A stretch of 64,000 bases of DNA, taken from Mobula hypostoma (Eukaryota). Where the stretch lies: contig NC_086108.1 in NCBI RefSeq assembly GCF_963921235.1, positions 50,656,001 to 50,720,000 on the forward strand, in the 5' to 3' direction. The notes under the pieces were generated by a model, which saw nothing but the letters and a program-made list of their open reading frames with translations, did not search any database and was not told the DNA's origin. A program made the translations under genes and the position numbers. Positions within the stretch are counted from its first letter, which is position 1. The number at the start of each line of letters is the position of its first letter. Shown in pieces: positions 1-12,105 of the stretch.

Positions 1-1585
1 CTGGAGCTTTTGGAAAGCATCAAGTTGGATAAGTCACCGGGACTGGACGAGATGTACCCCAGGCTACTGTGGGAAGCGAGGGATGAGATTGCTGAGCCTC
101 TGGCGATGATCTTTGCATCATCAATAGGGATGGGAGAGGTCCTGGAGGATTAAAGGGTTGAGGATGTTGTTCCCGTATTCAAGGAAGGGAGTAGAGATAG
201 CCCAGGAAAGTGAGTCTTACTTCAGTGATTGGTAAGTTGATGGAGAAGATCCTGACAGGCAGGATTTATGAACATTTGGGGAGGCATAATATGATTAGGA
301 ATAGTCAGCATGGCTTTGTCAAAGGCAGGTCATGCCTTATGAGCCTGATTGAATTTTTTGAGGATGTGACTAAACACATTGATGAAGATAGAACAGTAAA
401 TGTAGTGTACATGGATTTCAGCCAGGCATTTGTTAACGTACCCAATGCAAGGCTTATTGAGAAAGTAAGGAGGCATGGGATCCAAGGGGACGTTGTTTTG
501 CAGATCCAGAACTGGCTTGCCCACAGAAGGCAAAGAATGGTTGTAGACGGGTCATGTTCTGCATGGAGGTCAGTGAGTACTGGTGTGTCTCAAGGATCTG
601 TTCTGGGACCCCTTGCTCTTCGTGATTTTTATAAATGACCTGGATGAGGAAGTGGAGAGATGGATTAGTAAATTTGCTGATGACACAAAGGTTGGAGGTG
701 TTGTGGATAGTGTGGAGGGCTGTCAGAGGTTACAGCGGGATATCGATAGGATGTAAAACTGGACCGAGAAGTGGAAGATGGAGTTCAATCCAGATAAGTG
801 TGAGGTGGTTCATTTTGGTAGGTCAAATATGATGGCAGAATATAGTATTAATGGTCAGACTCTTGGCAGTGTGGAGGATCAGAGGGGTCTTGGGGTCTGA
901 GTCCATAGGACACTCAGAGCTGCTGCGCAGGTTGACTGTGTGGTTAAGAGGCATATGGTGCATTGGCCTTCATCAATCGTGGGATTGAGTTTAAGAGCAG
1001 AGGGGTAATGATGCAGCTAAATAGGATCCTGGTCATATCCCACTTGGAGCACTGTACTCAGTTCTGGTCGCTTCACTACAGGAAGGATGTGGAAACCATA
1101 GAAAGGGCGCAGAGGAGATTTACAAGGATGTTGCCTGGATTGGGGAGCATGCCTTATAAGAATAGATTGAATGAACTCGGCCTTTTCTCCTTGGAATGAC
1201 GGAGGATGAGGGTGACCTGATAGAGATGTACAAGATGATGAGAAGCAATAATCATATGGATAGTCAGAGGCTTTTTCCCAGAGCTGAGGTGGCTCGCACG
1301 AGAGGGCACAGTTTTAAGGTGCTTGGAAGTCGATACAGAGAAGATGTCAGGGGTAAGCTTTTTTCTCAGAGTGGTGAGTGCGTGGAATGGGCTGCCGGCG
1401 ACGGTGGTGGAGGCGGATACAACAGAGCCTTTTAAGATACACCTGGATAGGTACATGGATCTTAGAAAAATAGAGGGCTATGGCTAATCCTAGGTAATTT
1501 CTAAGGGAAGGACATGTTCGGCACAGCTTTGTGGGCCGAAAGGCCTGTATTTTGCTGTAGGTATTCTCTGTTTTTATGTTTTATC
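1..1585 (+). mobile_element. CR1 LINE, RT region to 3' tail, frameshifted; begins before the window
   Basis: ORFs 210-638, 963-1199 and 1196-1435 carry CR1 ORF2 motifs ([49 protein letters not shown]); ends in a degenerate (TTTCTATG)n-like tail. Confidence 0.93.
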
Positions 1586-2664
1586 TGTGCCCATTGGTAT
1601 TGATATTTCCCTGCTAATAAGCGTTTCTCCTGTACTGCTCTATCACAGTCTATCATGATATCGGAATAATGCTAAATTTACAACTAACGTCAGCACACCA
1701 AGAATGAACAAAATACAAGTCTTTGTGTTTTCATTTGGAATTTTCCACAGGCTATTGCAATCTGTAAATCGTATATTAAATTCTTAAATTTATTTTACCT
1801 TTATTCTGGTCTGCTTTATGATAAAACCCCTAATTCCTGGATATCCGTTATTGCTTAGAATATCCATTCTAATCCATGCACATGTGCTACACCAGAAGAA
1901 AGAAACATTCCAAAACTTTGTAAATTATTTTGGATTTTTTAATCCTTGAAACAGAATGGCATCAATTAGATGCAGCAAATAAAGGAAATCACAGACCTCA
2001 ACACAAACACATCTTTGGGTTCAGGTTCTCCCGAGAATGCAGGATTGTTGGGAACAATAGAAGGATCAGCCTGCAACTGTGGATTTTTCATAAGACAAAT
2101 ATCTCTTGCCCTCCAACTGGTTTTCCCATACAATGGAAGCCGATATGTTTTCCCACACAACTCCCATTCTTATGGGTGTGGGCATCACTAAGTAAAATTA
2201 ATGATTCATGTATAGCTAAACTTTATATATTTCTGTTATGAATAAGGGCAAGGGATATGGATTCAAGTTGACCAAATAGGGTTTATACAGTACGTGGATC
2301 TGCTTTGATGTAACTGAAACCTGCTACAGGCTTGAAAAATCCTAATCTTTTTCCGCTCATGACCCAACACATTAGTAACTCTTTAAGTTTCCCCCGAGGG
2401 TATTAATACGACAGTGTGGCAATTCTGTTCTTTCAAGTGATATAGGAAGCATAGTGAATCCTCCAGTATTTGGTGCAACAATCACTATAGTATAAATACT
2501 TTTAATATTGGAAGCACCTTCAGAGGCTAGATTCACCAAAAAGAAAACATTGTTCTAAAGTAAATACAAAGGTGGATACATTTAAATCACCATTGCATCT
2601 GATACTCCTGTTATTGCATGATGTAACTTGTTTTTTTTTAAGTCTGTCTTGAGCCTTTGTGGCC

Positions 2665-3311
2665 CATCAGGTAGATAGGGTAGTTAAGAAACCTTATGGG
2701 GTGTTAGCTTTCATAAGTCGAGGGATAGAGTTTAAGAGTCATAAGGTAATGATGTAGCTCTATAAAACTCTGGTTAGGCCACACTTGGAGTACTGTGTCC
2801 AGTTCTGCTCTCCTCATTATAGGAAGGATGTGGAAGCATTGGAAAGGGTACAGTGGAGATTTACCAGGATACTGCCTGGTTTAGAGAGTATGCATTATGA
2901 TCAGAGATTAAGGGAGCTAGGGCTTTATTCCTTGGAGAGAAGGAGGATGAAAGGAGACATGATAGAGGTGTACAAGATAATAAGAGGAATAGATAGAATG
3001 GACAGCCAGCGCCTCTTCCCCAGGGCACCACTGCTCAATACAAGAGGACATGGCTTTAAGGTAAGGGGTGGGAAGTTCAAGGGGGATATTAGAGGAAGGT
3101 TTTTTATTCAGAGAGTGGTTGGTGCGTGGAATGCACTGCCTGAGTCAGTGGTGGAGGCAGATACACTAGTGAAATTTAAGAGACGACTAGACAGGTATAT
3201 GGAGGAATTTAAGGTGGAGGGTTATATGGGAGGCAGGGTTTGAGAGTCGGCACAACATTGTGGGCCGAAGGGTCTGTACTGTGCTGTACTGTTCTATGTT
3301 CTATGTTCTAT
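2665..3311 (+). mobile_element. 5'-truncated CR1 LINE 3' end
   Basis: ORF 2785-3243 matches the CR1 ORF2 C-terminus (EYCVQF.SPHYRKD, GDMIEVYK, FF.QRVV..WN.LP); (TTCTATG)n tail at about 3291-3311. Confidence 0.93.
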
Positions 3312-3520
3312 CAGGCCAGTGCTTATGCCAGTTTCTGTGGTGTGAAGCAATTGAGAGTACGAGACTCTCCCCCAGCATTTTCCCAGTACCCATTTTCAGC
3401 TGGGTGGACTGGAGCAGTGTGTGGTTAAGTGCCTTGCTCTAAGGCACAACACGCTGCCTTGGCCGAGACTCGAACCCGCGACCTTCAGATCATGAGCCCA
3501 ACGACCTAACCACTTGGCCA
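3312..3520 (-). mobile_element. tRNA-derived SINE fragment
   Basis: Minus strand reads TGGCCAAGTGG (A box) then GGTTCGAGTC (B box); the head resembles the SINE at 33493-33788. Confidence 0.7.
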
Positions 3521-3904
3521 TACAGCACACGGAAGACTTGGTTGGCAGGCAGTAATATTACAAGCTGTTGGGATGAAGTGGCACATTTCAGAAATCCCTG
3601 CATTAAGTGCATTATTAAGGAACAGGGATCAATTTTATTCACCACATCCATTTGTATCATGAGAAGCTGTGTCATCTGAGCATCCATCAAGAAATGAAAG
3701 TTGACACAAAATAAAATATGTGTGTCATTTGCATGTCCACTCAGGTTACAATTAATTTACTTTCCATACATAAGAGTGAACCTTTGGAAGACAGGTGGGA
3801 ACCAATTTTCTGGCTGTTGCACAGCTGTGAGCATCTTTTGCCATGTGGGGATGGGACATTTCCCAGTGCCTTCAGTCCTTACTCACTCACTCACTTTCTA
3901 ATAA

Positions 3905-4705
3905 CACTGGACAGCAAAGATTTTGCTTCCTGAATACTTTGCCATGTATCTAATGGATTTTGGGCTTCTGATCATGAAAATCACATTGAAATTTTCCTGT
4001 CATACACCATTTTTTGAAATCGCCTATATTTGTTATTTCAATTCATAATTCAAGTCAGAATTACTGATGCCATGATTAAGAAAGCATTTTTGTTGGTCCA
4101 CAAATCAAACGGGTCATCAATGACAGGCAATTCAAAGAACTCTGGTGGGACCAGAGAAAATTGCATGGAAGGCATTCAAGGATGTTGTTGAAAATTTTTT
4201 TGGCACTTACATAGTACCAAACCATGTGCAGCTGTTTGACAAGATGTTTCAAGCATACAAAACCATTGAGTGCAACATGTCACTAAAGATTCATTTTCTG
4301 TATTTCCATTTAGACTTCTTCCATGTAAATCTTGGCACTGTCAGTGACGAGCATGGTGAAAGGTTTCACCAGGACATTGCAGTCAGAGAGAAATGGTATC
4401 ATGGCAACTGAAATCCATGAACGCTGGCTGATTATTGTTGGCCATTTAAGTGAGAAGCCTCAGAAACTGAGTACAAATGAAAATCATCAACAGAACTTTT
4501 TTAACTTAGTTCAACTATTGCAAAGTGTCAATACCATTATGCAATTAAACACATTTTATTCAATAAAGTCAATTTTTTGTTTCTCCAAATTCCTATGTGA
4601 TACAAGTAGTCTGAAATTATATTTGTGCCCAGCTTCAAACAGTCTACCATAAACAAAAGAAAACTCTGAGGAAGCAACACCTTTGAAAAAAATTGTTGCC
4701 CAGTG
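3905..4705 (+). mobile_element. Internally deleted Chapaev3-like (CMC superfamily) DNA transposon
   Basis: Termini CACTGG...CCAGTG with imperfect TIRs, TAA on both flanks; ORF 4145-4411 contains MSLKIHFL.FHLDFF..NLG.VSDEHGERFHQDI, which I recognise as a Chapaev3-type transposase C-terminal motif. Confidence 0.78.
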
Positions 4706-4882
4706 TAATTTGTCTGTCATTACAGTAAAAATGACTGGCCATTAATTTTTTGGCTTATTTCTTTGTAAACAATAATAGTACTTGATGAGCCATTGTGATT
4801 TATGATGACCATATCTAAAGCAACTATTGGTGGCTCAAGAATCTCAGTTCCAAATTTGATGACCTGGAATCTGAGCTTCAAC

Positions 4883-6000
4883 ATTGAATTGAATTGACTT
4901 TATCCTTCACATACATGAAGAGTAAAAATCTTTACACGACGTCTCCGTCTAAATGTGCAATATGCAATCATAGTAGTTTATAATAATTTATAATAAATAG
5001 AACAGTCAATATAAATATGATGTAGGTAGGTAGGTCAAATTTGATAACAGAATATAGTATTAATGGTCAGACTCTTGGCAATGTGGAGGATCAGAGGGAT
5101 CTTGGGGTCCGAGTCCATAGGACACTCAAAGCTACTGTGCAGGTTGACTCTGTGGTTAAGAAGGCATACGTAGCATTGGGCTTCATCATTCGTGGGATTG
5201 AGCTTATGAGCCGAGAGGTAATGTTGCAGCTATATAGGACCCTGGTCAGACCGCACTTAGAGTACTGTGCTCAGTTCTGGTCGCCTCACTACAGGAAGGG
5301 TGCAGAGATTTACAAGGATGTTGCCTGGATTGGGGAGCATGCCTTATGAGAATAGGTTGAGTGAACTTGTCCTTTTTTCCTTAGAGCGATGGAGGATGAG
5401 AGGTGATCTGATAGAGGTGCATAAGATGATGAGAGGAATTGATTGTGTGGATAGTCAGAGGCTTTTTCCCAGGTCTGAAATGGCTAGCACAAGAGGGCAC
5501 AGTTTTAAGGTGCTTGGAAGTAGGTACAGAGGAGCTATCAGGGGTAAATTTTTTACGCAGAGAGTGGTGAGTGCATGGAATGGGCTGCCGGCGACAGTGG
5601 TGGAGGCAGATACGATAGGGTCTTTTAAGAGACTCCTGGACAGGTACAGTATATGGAGCTCAGAAAAATAGGGGGCTATGGCTAACCCTAGGTAATTTCT
5701 CAGGTAAGGACATGTTCAGTACAGCTTTGTGGGCCGAAGGGCCTGTATTATGCTGTAAGTTTTCTATGTTTCTATGTTTCAAATATAGAGTACACTCAGA
5801 TCAGTGTGAGTTAATCAGTCTGATGGCCTGGTGGAAGAAATTTACCCAGAGCCTTTTGGTCCTGGCTTTTATGCTGCAGTACCATTTCCTGGATGGTAGC
5901 AGCTGGAATAAATTATGGTTAGGGTGACTTGGGTCCCCAGTGATCTTACTCACCTGTCCTTGTAAATGTCTTGAATCATGGGAAGTTCACAACTCCAGTT
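4883..6000 (-). mobile_element. Rex1/Babar-type LINE 3' fragment interrupted by a CR1 copy
   Basis: (ATTGA)n tail and 3' UTR at about 4883-5020; coding-derived remainder at about 5780-6000 resembles the other Rex1-like fragments in the window. Confidence 0.55.
5030..5780 (+). mobile_element. 5'-truncated CR1 LINE 3' end
   Basis: ORFs 5041-5349 and 5267-5671 (DLGVRVH, LYRTLVRPHLEYC, GDLIEV.K); TTTCTATG tail. Confidence 0.93.
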
Positions 6001-6009
6001 GTAATGTGT

Positions 6010-6355
6010 CAGGGAGGGGGGAGTTACCTCGACACTGTTTCAGGAGGCAGGCACACCCAATAGATCAAATTCAATCTGTGGCCAGGGACAAGAGGGTGTG
6101 ACCGTGAGTGAGGTAAATGGAGGCATACAGGAGGTAAGGTTGAAGAAGTCTCAGAACTTGAGTTTGCCCAACAGATCTGAATTATTAACTAAGCCACATG
6201 TAAATTGGCACAGGGTTAATAAGATCAGAGAGCTAAATGTGTAGCTCAGAGACTGGAGGGAGAAGTAGGTTTGAATTTGTGGGGCATTGGCACCAGTATT
6301 GAGGAAGGAGGGAACTGTTCTGATAGGATGGTCTCCACCTGAATCATGCCAGAAA
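6010..6355 (+). mobile_element. Degraded CR1 ORF1 (SGNH esterase-like) fragment
   Basis: Piecewise translation gives KIRELNV.LRDW, FEFVGHWHQY and DGLHLN, typical of CR1 ORF1 esterase; several stops. Confidence 0.6.
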
Positions 6356-6492
6356 AAATACAATATGTCCAAGGATACATATAGCATTGAAAGTATAGGC
6401 AGATCAGCAGAAAGTGTGAGGTGTCTCTGCTGCTAGAAAAAATCAAACCCTGAGCATGAACCCAATTTGATTAGGGAACATAAAGTAAAGGA

Positions 6493-7428
6493 ACCCTGCC
6501 GTCATCAACGATGCCCTCACCTGCATCTCCTCCATTTCCCACACTTCGGCCCTCACCTCATCCTCCCGCCACCACAACAGGGACAGAGTTCCCCTTGTCC
6601 TCACCTACCACCCCACCAGCCTCCGGACCCAGCACATTATCCTCCGCAACTTCCGTCACCTTCAACAGGACCCCACCACTAAGCACATCTTTCCCTCTCC
6701 ACCCCTCTCCGCTTTCCGCAGGGATCAGTCCCTCTGTGACTCCCTGATCCACACGTCCCTCCCCACGGACCTCCCACCCGGCACTTATCCCTGTAAGCGT
6801 AAGTGCTACACCTGTCCCGACACCTCATCTCTTGCAACCATTCAGGGCCCCAAACAGTCCTTCCAGGTGAGACAACACTTCACTTGTGAGTCTGTTGGGG
6901 TCATCTATTGCATCCGGTGCTCCCGGTGCGGCCTCCTCTACCAGTGAAATCCAACAGAGATTGGGGGACCGCTTCGTCGAGCACCTCCACTCCATCCACC
7001 ACAACAAACAGGATCTCCCAGTAGCCACCCACTTCAACTCTGCTTCCCATTCCCATTCAGATATGTCCATACATGGCCTCCTCTACTGCCATGATGAGGC
7101 TAAACTCAGGTTGGAGGAGCAACACCTCATATACTGTCTAGGTAGTCTCCACCCCTTGGTATGAACATAGAATTCTCCAACTTCCAGTAATTACCCCACC
7201 CATCCCTATGTCACTCTGCCTCTTTCTACTACCCATTGTGTTTTCGCCTATTCCTTCTTCACCTTTCCTGCCTATCACCTCCCTGCTTCCCTTTACTGGT
7301 TTTTCACCTGGAACCTACCAGCCTTCTCCTTCCCACCCTCCCCCCACCTTCTTTATAAGGCCTCTGCCCCTTCCCTCTACAGTCCTGACGAAGGGTTCTG
7401 GCCTGAAACGTTGACTGATCGTTTCCAT
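6493..7428 (+). mobile_element. Penelope-like element (Neptune type) 3' fragment; its tail resumes at 8036-8088
   Basis: GIY-YIG endonuclease region (GVIYCI.C.RCGLLY, RLGDRFVEHL, LEEQHLI), pyrimidine-rich 3' UTR, hammerhead motif. Confidence 0.9.
7380..7417 (+). ncRNA. Minimal type I hammerhead ribozyme motif in a PLE 3' repeat
   Basis: CAGTC-CTGACGA-AGG(GTTCTGG)CCT-GAA-ACGT-T-GACTG: stem I CAGTC/GACTG, conserved core, 3-bp stem II, palindromic ACGT stem III, GUU cleavage triplet. Confidence 0.75.
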
Positions 7429-8035
7429 AGTCATAGTCATAGTCACACTTTATTGATCCCGGGGGAAATTGGTTTTCGTTACAGTTGCACCATAAATAAT
7501 TAAATAGTAATAAAACCATAAATAGTTAAATAATAATATGTAAATTATGCCAGGAAATAAGTCCAGGACCAGCCTATTGGCTCAGGGTGTCTGACCCTCC
7601 AAGGGAGGAGTTGTAAAGTTTGATGGCCACAGGCAGGAATGACTTCCTATGACGCTCTGTGTTGCGTCTCGGTGGAATGAGTCTCTGGCTGAATGTACTC
7701 CTGTGCCCAACCAGTCCATTATGTAGTGGATGGGAGACATTGTCCAAGATGGCATGCAACTTGGACATATCCTCTTTTCAGACACCACCGTCAGAGAGTC
7801 CAGTTCCATCCCCACAACATCACTGGCCTTACAAATGAGTTTGTTGATTCTGTTGGTGCCTGCTACCCTCAGCCTCCTGCCCCAGCACACAACAGCAAAC
7901 ATGATCGCACTGGCCACCACAGACTCATAGAACATCCTCAGCATCGTCCAACAGATGTTAAAGGACCTCAGTCTCCTCAGGAAATAGAGACGGCTCTGAC
8001 CCTTCTTGTAGACAGCCTCAGTGTTCTTTGACCAG
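7429..8035 (-). mobile_element. Rex1/Babar-type LINE 3' fragment nested in a PLE tail
   Basis: ORF 7582-8238 has KKGQSRLYFLRRLRSF and FYESVVASAI.FAVVCWG; (GACTAT)n tail; TCCAT on both sides. Confidence 0.88.
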
Positions 8036-8089
8036 TCCATGGATGCTGCCCGACCTGCTGAGTTCCTCCAGCGTGTTGTGAGTGTTGTT

Positions 8090-8335
8090 TGGATGAAAGT
8101 GGAGCAGCAATGGCTGGAATTTCTGGAAGTAATACTAAAGATGCAGGACTGGTTCATCCCAAAGAAAAAGAAACATTCTGAAGGGGGAATGAGGCATCCA
8201 TGGTGGTCAAGAGAAATCAAAAAACAGCAGAAACGCAAGAGAGGACAAAAATTAGTAAGAAGCTAGAGGACTGGGAAGTTTTTAGAAATGCACAGAAGAC
8301 AATTAGAAAAGCAATAAGGAGAGAAAAGGAAAGAC
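8090..8335 (+). mobile_element. CR1 ORF2 fragment (endonuclease-RT linker)
   Basis: Translation VEQQWLEF, FIPKKKK, PWWSREIK and EDWEVFRNAQK is typical of the CR1 tether region. Confidence 0.7.
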
Positions 8336-9214
8336 ATAGAGCAGATGGAGACAAACACTCAATAAACAGTAAATTTCACTATTTTCATCAGTGACAATAA
8401 ACCTGATTCACTACCACAAGTATCAATCCAATTCTTTCAACATAAACACACACAGCTGAAGTTAAGCTTGGTAACTGCTTGCTCTGATAAAATGAATGAC
8501 AGCTGACGTGCCTGTGACTGCCTGTACAGACTGCTCACTTTCCAGCCAGGGCAGCAACCTGCACAACTGAGTAATGCTCAGTTTGCAAAGGTGCAAACAT
8601 AATGAATCACAACATTCAGTTTCTAGTCACGGATCTTTTAATGAGCAAAGGAAGAGCCGTGGGACAGGAGCTGGAGGAAGCAGGGGTTGGTATTGTGGAA
8701 GCAGTGGAGATTAAATATGCGAATAGGAGTGAAAGTTTAAGGCTGCTGGCATGGGTCCTCTGTACAATAGACACAAAAATTTCTTTTCATCCTTGCCTGA
8801 TAGTCAGTCAATGACCACTGAAGTTAAAAGTTCACCAGCCAGCAGTTCATCCAGCTTTGTGTACAGACGCCTCCAGTGACAAATGCAGCAAAACACAAAA
8901 ATGTTGTGAGAAGGAATGTTAGAAACTCTCCTGGCTTGTTCTCTGTTTCACTTGGAACAAACTAGAGTATGCATTTCTTCCATTTGTTGACACTAATCCA
9001 AAATTCTCTCATCAGTTACAATATGACCCCTTCTCTCTCAAGAACTCACTCAGAACTATCACAAACATCACTAGTGATTGTGGAATTGTAAATGCAAACA
9101 ATCTACAAATAGGTAACTGCTTTAACCCTCAGAACCTTCAATACTGAATTACAAAAGGTGCATTCTCACAGTCATTGTTTGTGTCTGAGAAACCAACACC
9201 CTCAATAACAATGT

Positions 9215-10632
9215 AAACACGAGGAATTCTGCAGATGCTGGAAATTCAAGCCACACACATCAAAGTTGCTGGTGAATGCAGCAGGCCAGGCAGCATCTCT
9301 AGGAAGAGGTACAGTCGACATTTCAGGCCGAGACCCTTCATCAGGACTAACTGAAGGAAGAGCTAGTAAGAGATTTGAAAGTGGGAGGGGGAGGGGGAGG
9401 GGGAGATCCAAAATGATAGGAGAAGACAGGAGGGGGAGGGATGGAGCCAAGAGCTGGACAGGTGATTGGCAAAAGGGATATGAGAGGATCATGGGACAGG
9501 AGGCCTAGGGAGAAGGAAAGGGGGGGGAACCCAGAGGATGGGCAAGGGGTACAGTGAGAGGGACAGAGGGACAAAAAGGAGAGTGAGAGAAAGAATGTGT
9601 GTGTATATAAATAACGGATGGGGTACGATGGGGATGTGGGGCATTAGGGCATTAGCGGAAGTTAGAGAAGTCAACGTTCATGTCATCAGGTTGGAGGCTA
9701 CCCAGACGGAATATAAGATGTTGTTCCTCCAACCTGAGTGTGGCTTCATCTTTACAGTAGAGGAGGCTGTGGATAGACATATCAGAATGGGAATGGGATG
9801 TGGAATTAAAATGTGTGGCCACTGGGAGATCCTGCTTTCTCTGGCGGACAGAGCGTAGGTGTTCAGCAAAACGATCTCCCAGTCTGCGTCGGGTCTCGCC
9901 AATATATAGAAGGCCACATCGGGAGCCCCAGACGCAGTATATCACCGCAGCCGACTCACAGGTGAAGTGTCGCCTCACCTGGAAGGACTGTCTGGGGCCC
10001 TGAATGGTGGTAAGGGAGGAAATGTAAGGGCATGTGTAGCACTTGTTCCGCTTACAAGGATAAGTGCCAGGAGGGACATCAGTGGGGAGGGATAGGGGGG
10101 ACGAATGGACAAGGGAGTCGTGTAGGGAGAGATCCCTGCGGAAAGCAGAGAGAGGGGGGGAGGGAAAGATGTGCTTAGTGGTGGGATCCCGCTGGAGGTG
10201 GCGGAAGTTATGGAGAATAATATGTTGGACCTGGAGGCTGGTGGGTTGGTAGGTGAGGACCAAGGGAACCCTATTCCTAGTGGGGTGACGGGAGGATGGA
10301 GTGAGAGCGGATGTGCATGAAATGGGGGAGATGCGTTTGAGAGCAGAGTTGATGGTAGAGGAAGGGAAGCCCCTTTCTTTAAAAAAGGAGGACATCTCCC
10401 TCGTCCTGGAATGAAAGCCTCATCCTGAGAGCAGATGCGGCGGAGACGGAGGAATTGCGAGAAGGGGATGGCGTTTTTGCAAGAGGCAGGGTGAGAAGAG
10501 GAATAGTCCAGATAGCTGTGAGAGTCAGTAGGCTTATAGTAGACATCAGTAGATAAGCTGTCTCCAGAGATAGAGACAGAAAGATCTAGAAAGGGGAGGG
10601 AGGTGTCGGAAATGGACCAGGTAAACTTGAGG
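9215..10632 (-). mobile_element. Neptune-type Penelope-like element, 5'-truncated (RT C-terminus, Cys linker, GIY-YIG, 3' repeat)
   Basis: ORF 9975-10709 has LPFLDL and TDVYYKPTDSHSYL; ORF 9652-10395 has CKRNKCYTC and VIYC...LLYIGETRRRLGDRFAEH; hammerhead at 9312-9349. Confidence 0.93.
9312..9349 (-). ncRNA. Minimal hammerhead ribozyme motif
   Basis: Minus strand TAGTC-CTGATGA-AGG(GTCTCGG)CCT-GAA-ATGT-C-GACTG; core intact, GUC triplet. Confidence 0.75.
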
Positions 10633-11193
10633 GCTCTGTCCGCCAGAGAAAGCAGGATCTCCCAGTGGCCACACGTTTTAATTCCTCTACTGTAATGATG
10701 AAGCCACACTCAGGTTGGAGGAACAACACCTTATATTCTGTCTGGGTAGCCTCCAACCTGATGGCATGAACATTGACTTCTCTAGCTTCTGCTAATGTCC
10801 CACCTCCCCATCGTACCCCATCCGTTATTTATTTATATACACACATTCTTTCTCTCTCTCTCTCCTTTTTCTCACTCTGTCCCTCTCACTATACTCCTTG
10901 CCCATCCTCTGGGTTTTTCCTCCCCTCCCCCTTTTCTTTCTCCCTGGGCCTCCTGTCCCATGATCCTCTCATATCCCTTTTGCCTATCACCTGTCCAGTT
11001 CTTGGCTCCATCCCTCCCCCTCCTGTCTTCTCCTATCATTTTGGATCTCCCCCTCCCTCTCCCACTTTCAAATCCCTTACTAGCTCTTCCTTCAGTTAGT
11101 CCTGATGAAGGGTCTCGGCCTGAAACGTCCACTCTTCCTCTTCCTAGAGATGCTGCCTGGCCTGCTGCGTTCACCAGCAACTTTGATGTGTGT
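10633..11193 (+). mobile_element. Inverted second PLE 3' repeat fused to the 5' end of the minus-strand copy
   Basis: Near-identical reverse complement of about 9254-9855 with one internal deletion; hammerhead remnant at 11097-11134 with a damaged stem I. Confidence 0.9.
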
Positions 11194-11778
11194 TCCTTCA
11201 AGAACAAGCATACCACTTTGCATATTGCTGGGGGCGGGATGGGGGAGGATCAGGCAGGGGCGGAGTGGGACAGGTTGTTTTTTTGTAAAGGGATGCTTGG
11301 TAAGTGGGAGGTCTTCAAAAGTGAAATATTGAGGGTACAGAGTTTGTATGTTCCTGTTAGAATAAAAGGCAGGACTAACAGGTTCAGGGAGGCTTGATTT
11401 TCGAGGGATATTGAGGCCCTGATTAAGAAGAAGTAGGAGGTGCTTAGCAGGTGTCGGCATAAAGGAGCAAAAGAAATGCTTGAGGAGTGTACGAAATGAA
11501 GAGGGAAGTCAAGATGGCTGAAACATGCTACGAGGTTGCTTTGGAAGACAAGGTGGAGGAGAATCCCAAGGGCTTCTACAGATATATTAGGAGCAAAACA
11601 TAGCAAAGGACAAAATTAGTCATTTATGCATGGAGCTGAAACAGATGAGGGGGAAGATGTTAAATGCATGTGTGCTTACTCAGGAGGCGTACACAGTGTC
11701 TATTGAACTGAGACAAAACAATACTGTGGCTGTGAACTGTATCTGAATTATGGAAGAAGAGGTGTTTGCTGCCTTAAG

Positions 11779-12105
11779 GCAGTACGGTAGTGCAACAGTT
11801 ATTGTAATGTTTTACAGTGCCAGCGACTTGGGTTCAATTCCATCACTGTCTCAAGGAGATTGTGTGTTTCCCTTGTGACTGCGTGGGTTCCTCTGGGTGC
11901 TCTGTTTTCCCTACATTCTAATGACATACGGGTTACGGTCAGTAAACTGTGAGCATGCTATGTTGGCACCAGAAGCAAGGGCTGCACTTGCGGTCTGCCC
12001 CCGGCCCGGCACCTCCTGGGACTGTGATGGTCATTAATGCAAACGACATGGTTGTATGTTTCAATGTTTCGTTGTACATGTGACAAATAAAAATAATCTA
12101 AATCT
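11779..12105 (+). mobile_element. V-SINE-like tRNA-derived SINE
   Basis: B box GGTTCAATTCC, V-domain-like GCGTGGGTTCCTCTGGGTGCTCTGTTTTCCCTACA, LINE-type tail GTACATGTGACAAATAAA. Confidence 0.72.

Noticed and set aside
1930..2241. Overlapping short ORFs in unique DNA
   Set aside because: No recognisable protein, and no frame consistent with both candidate splice sites.
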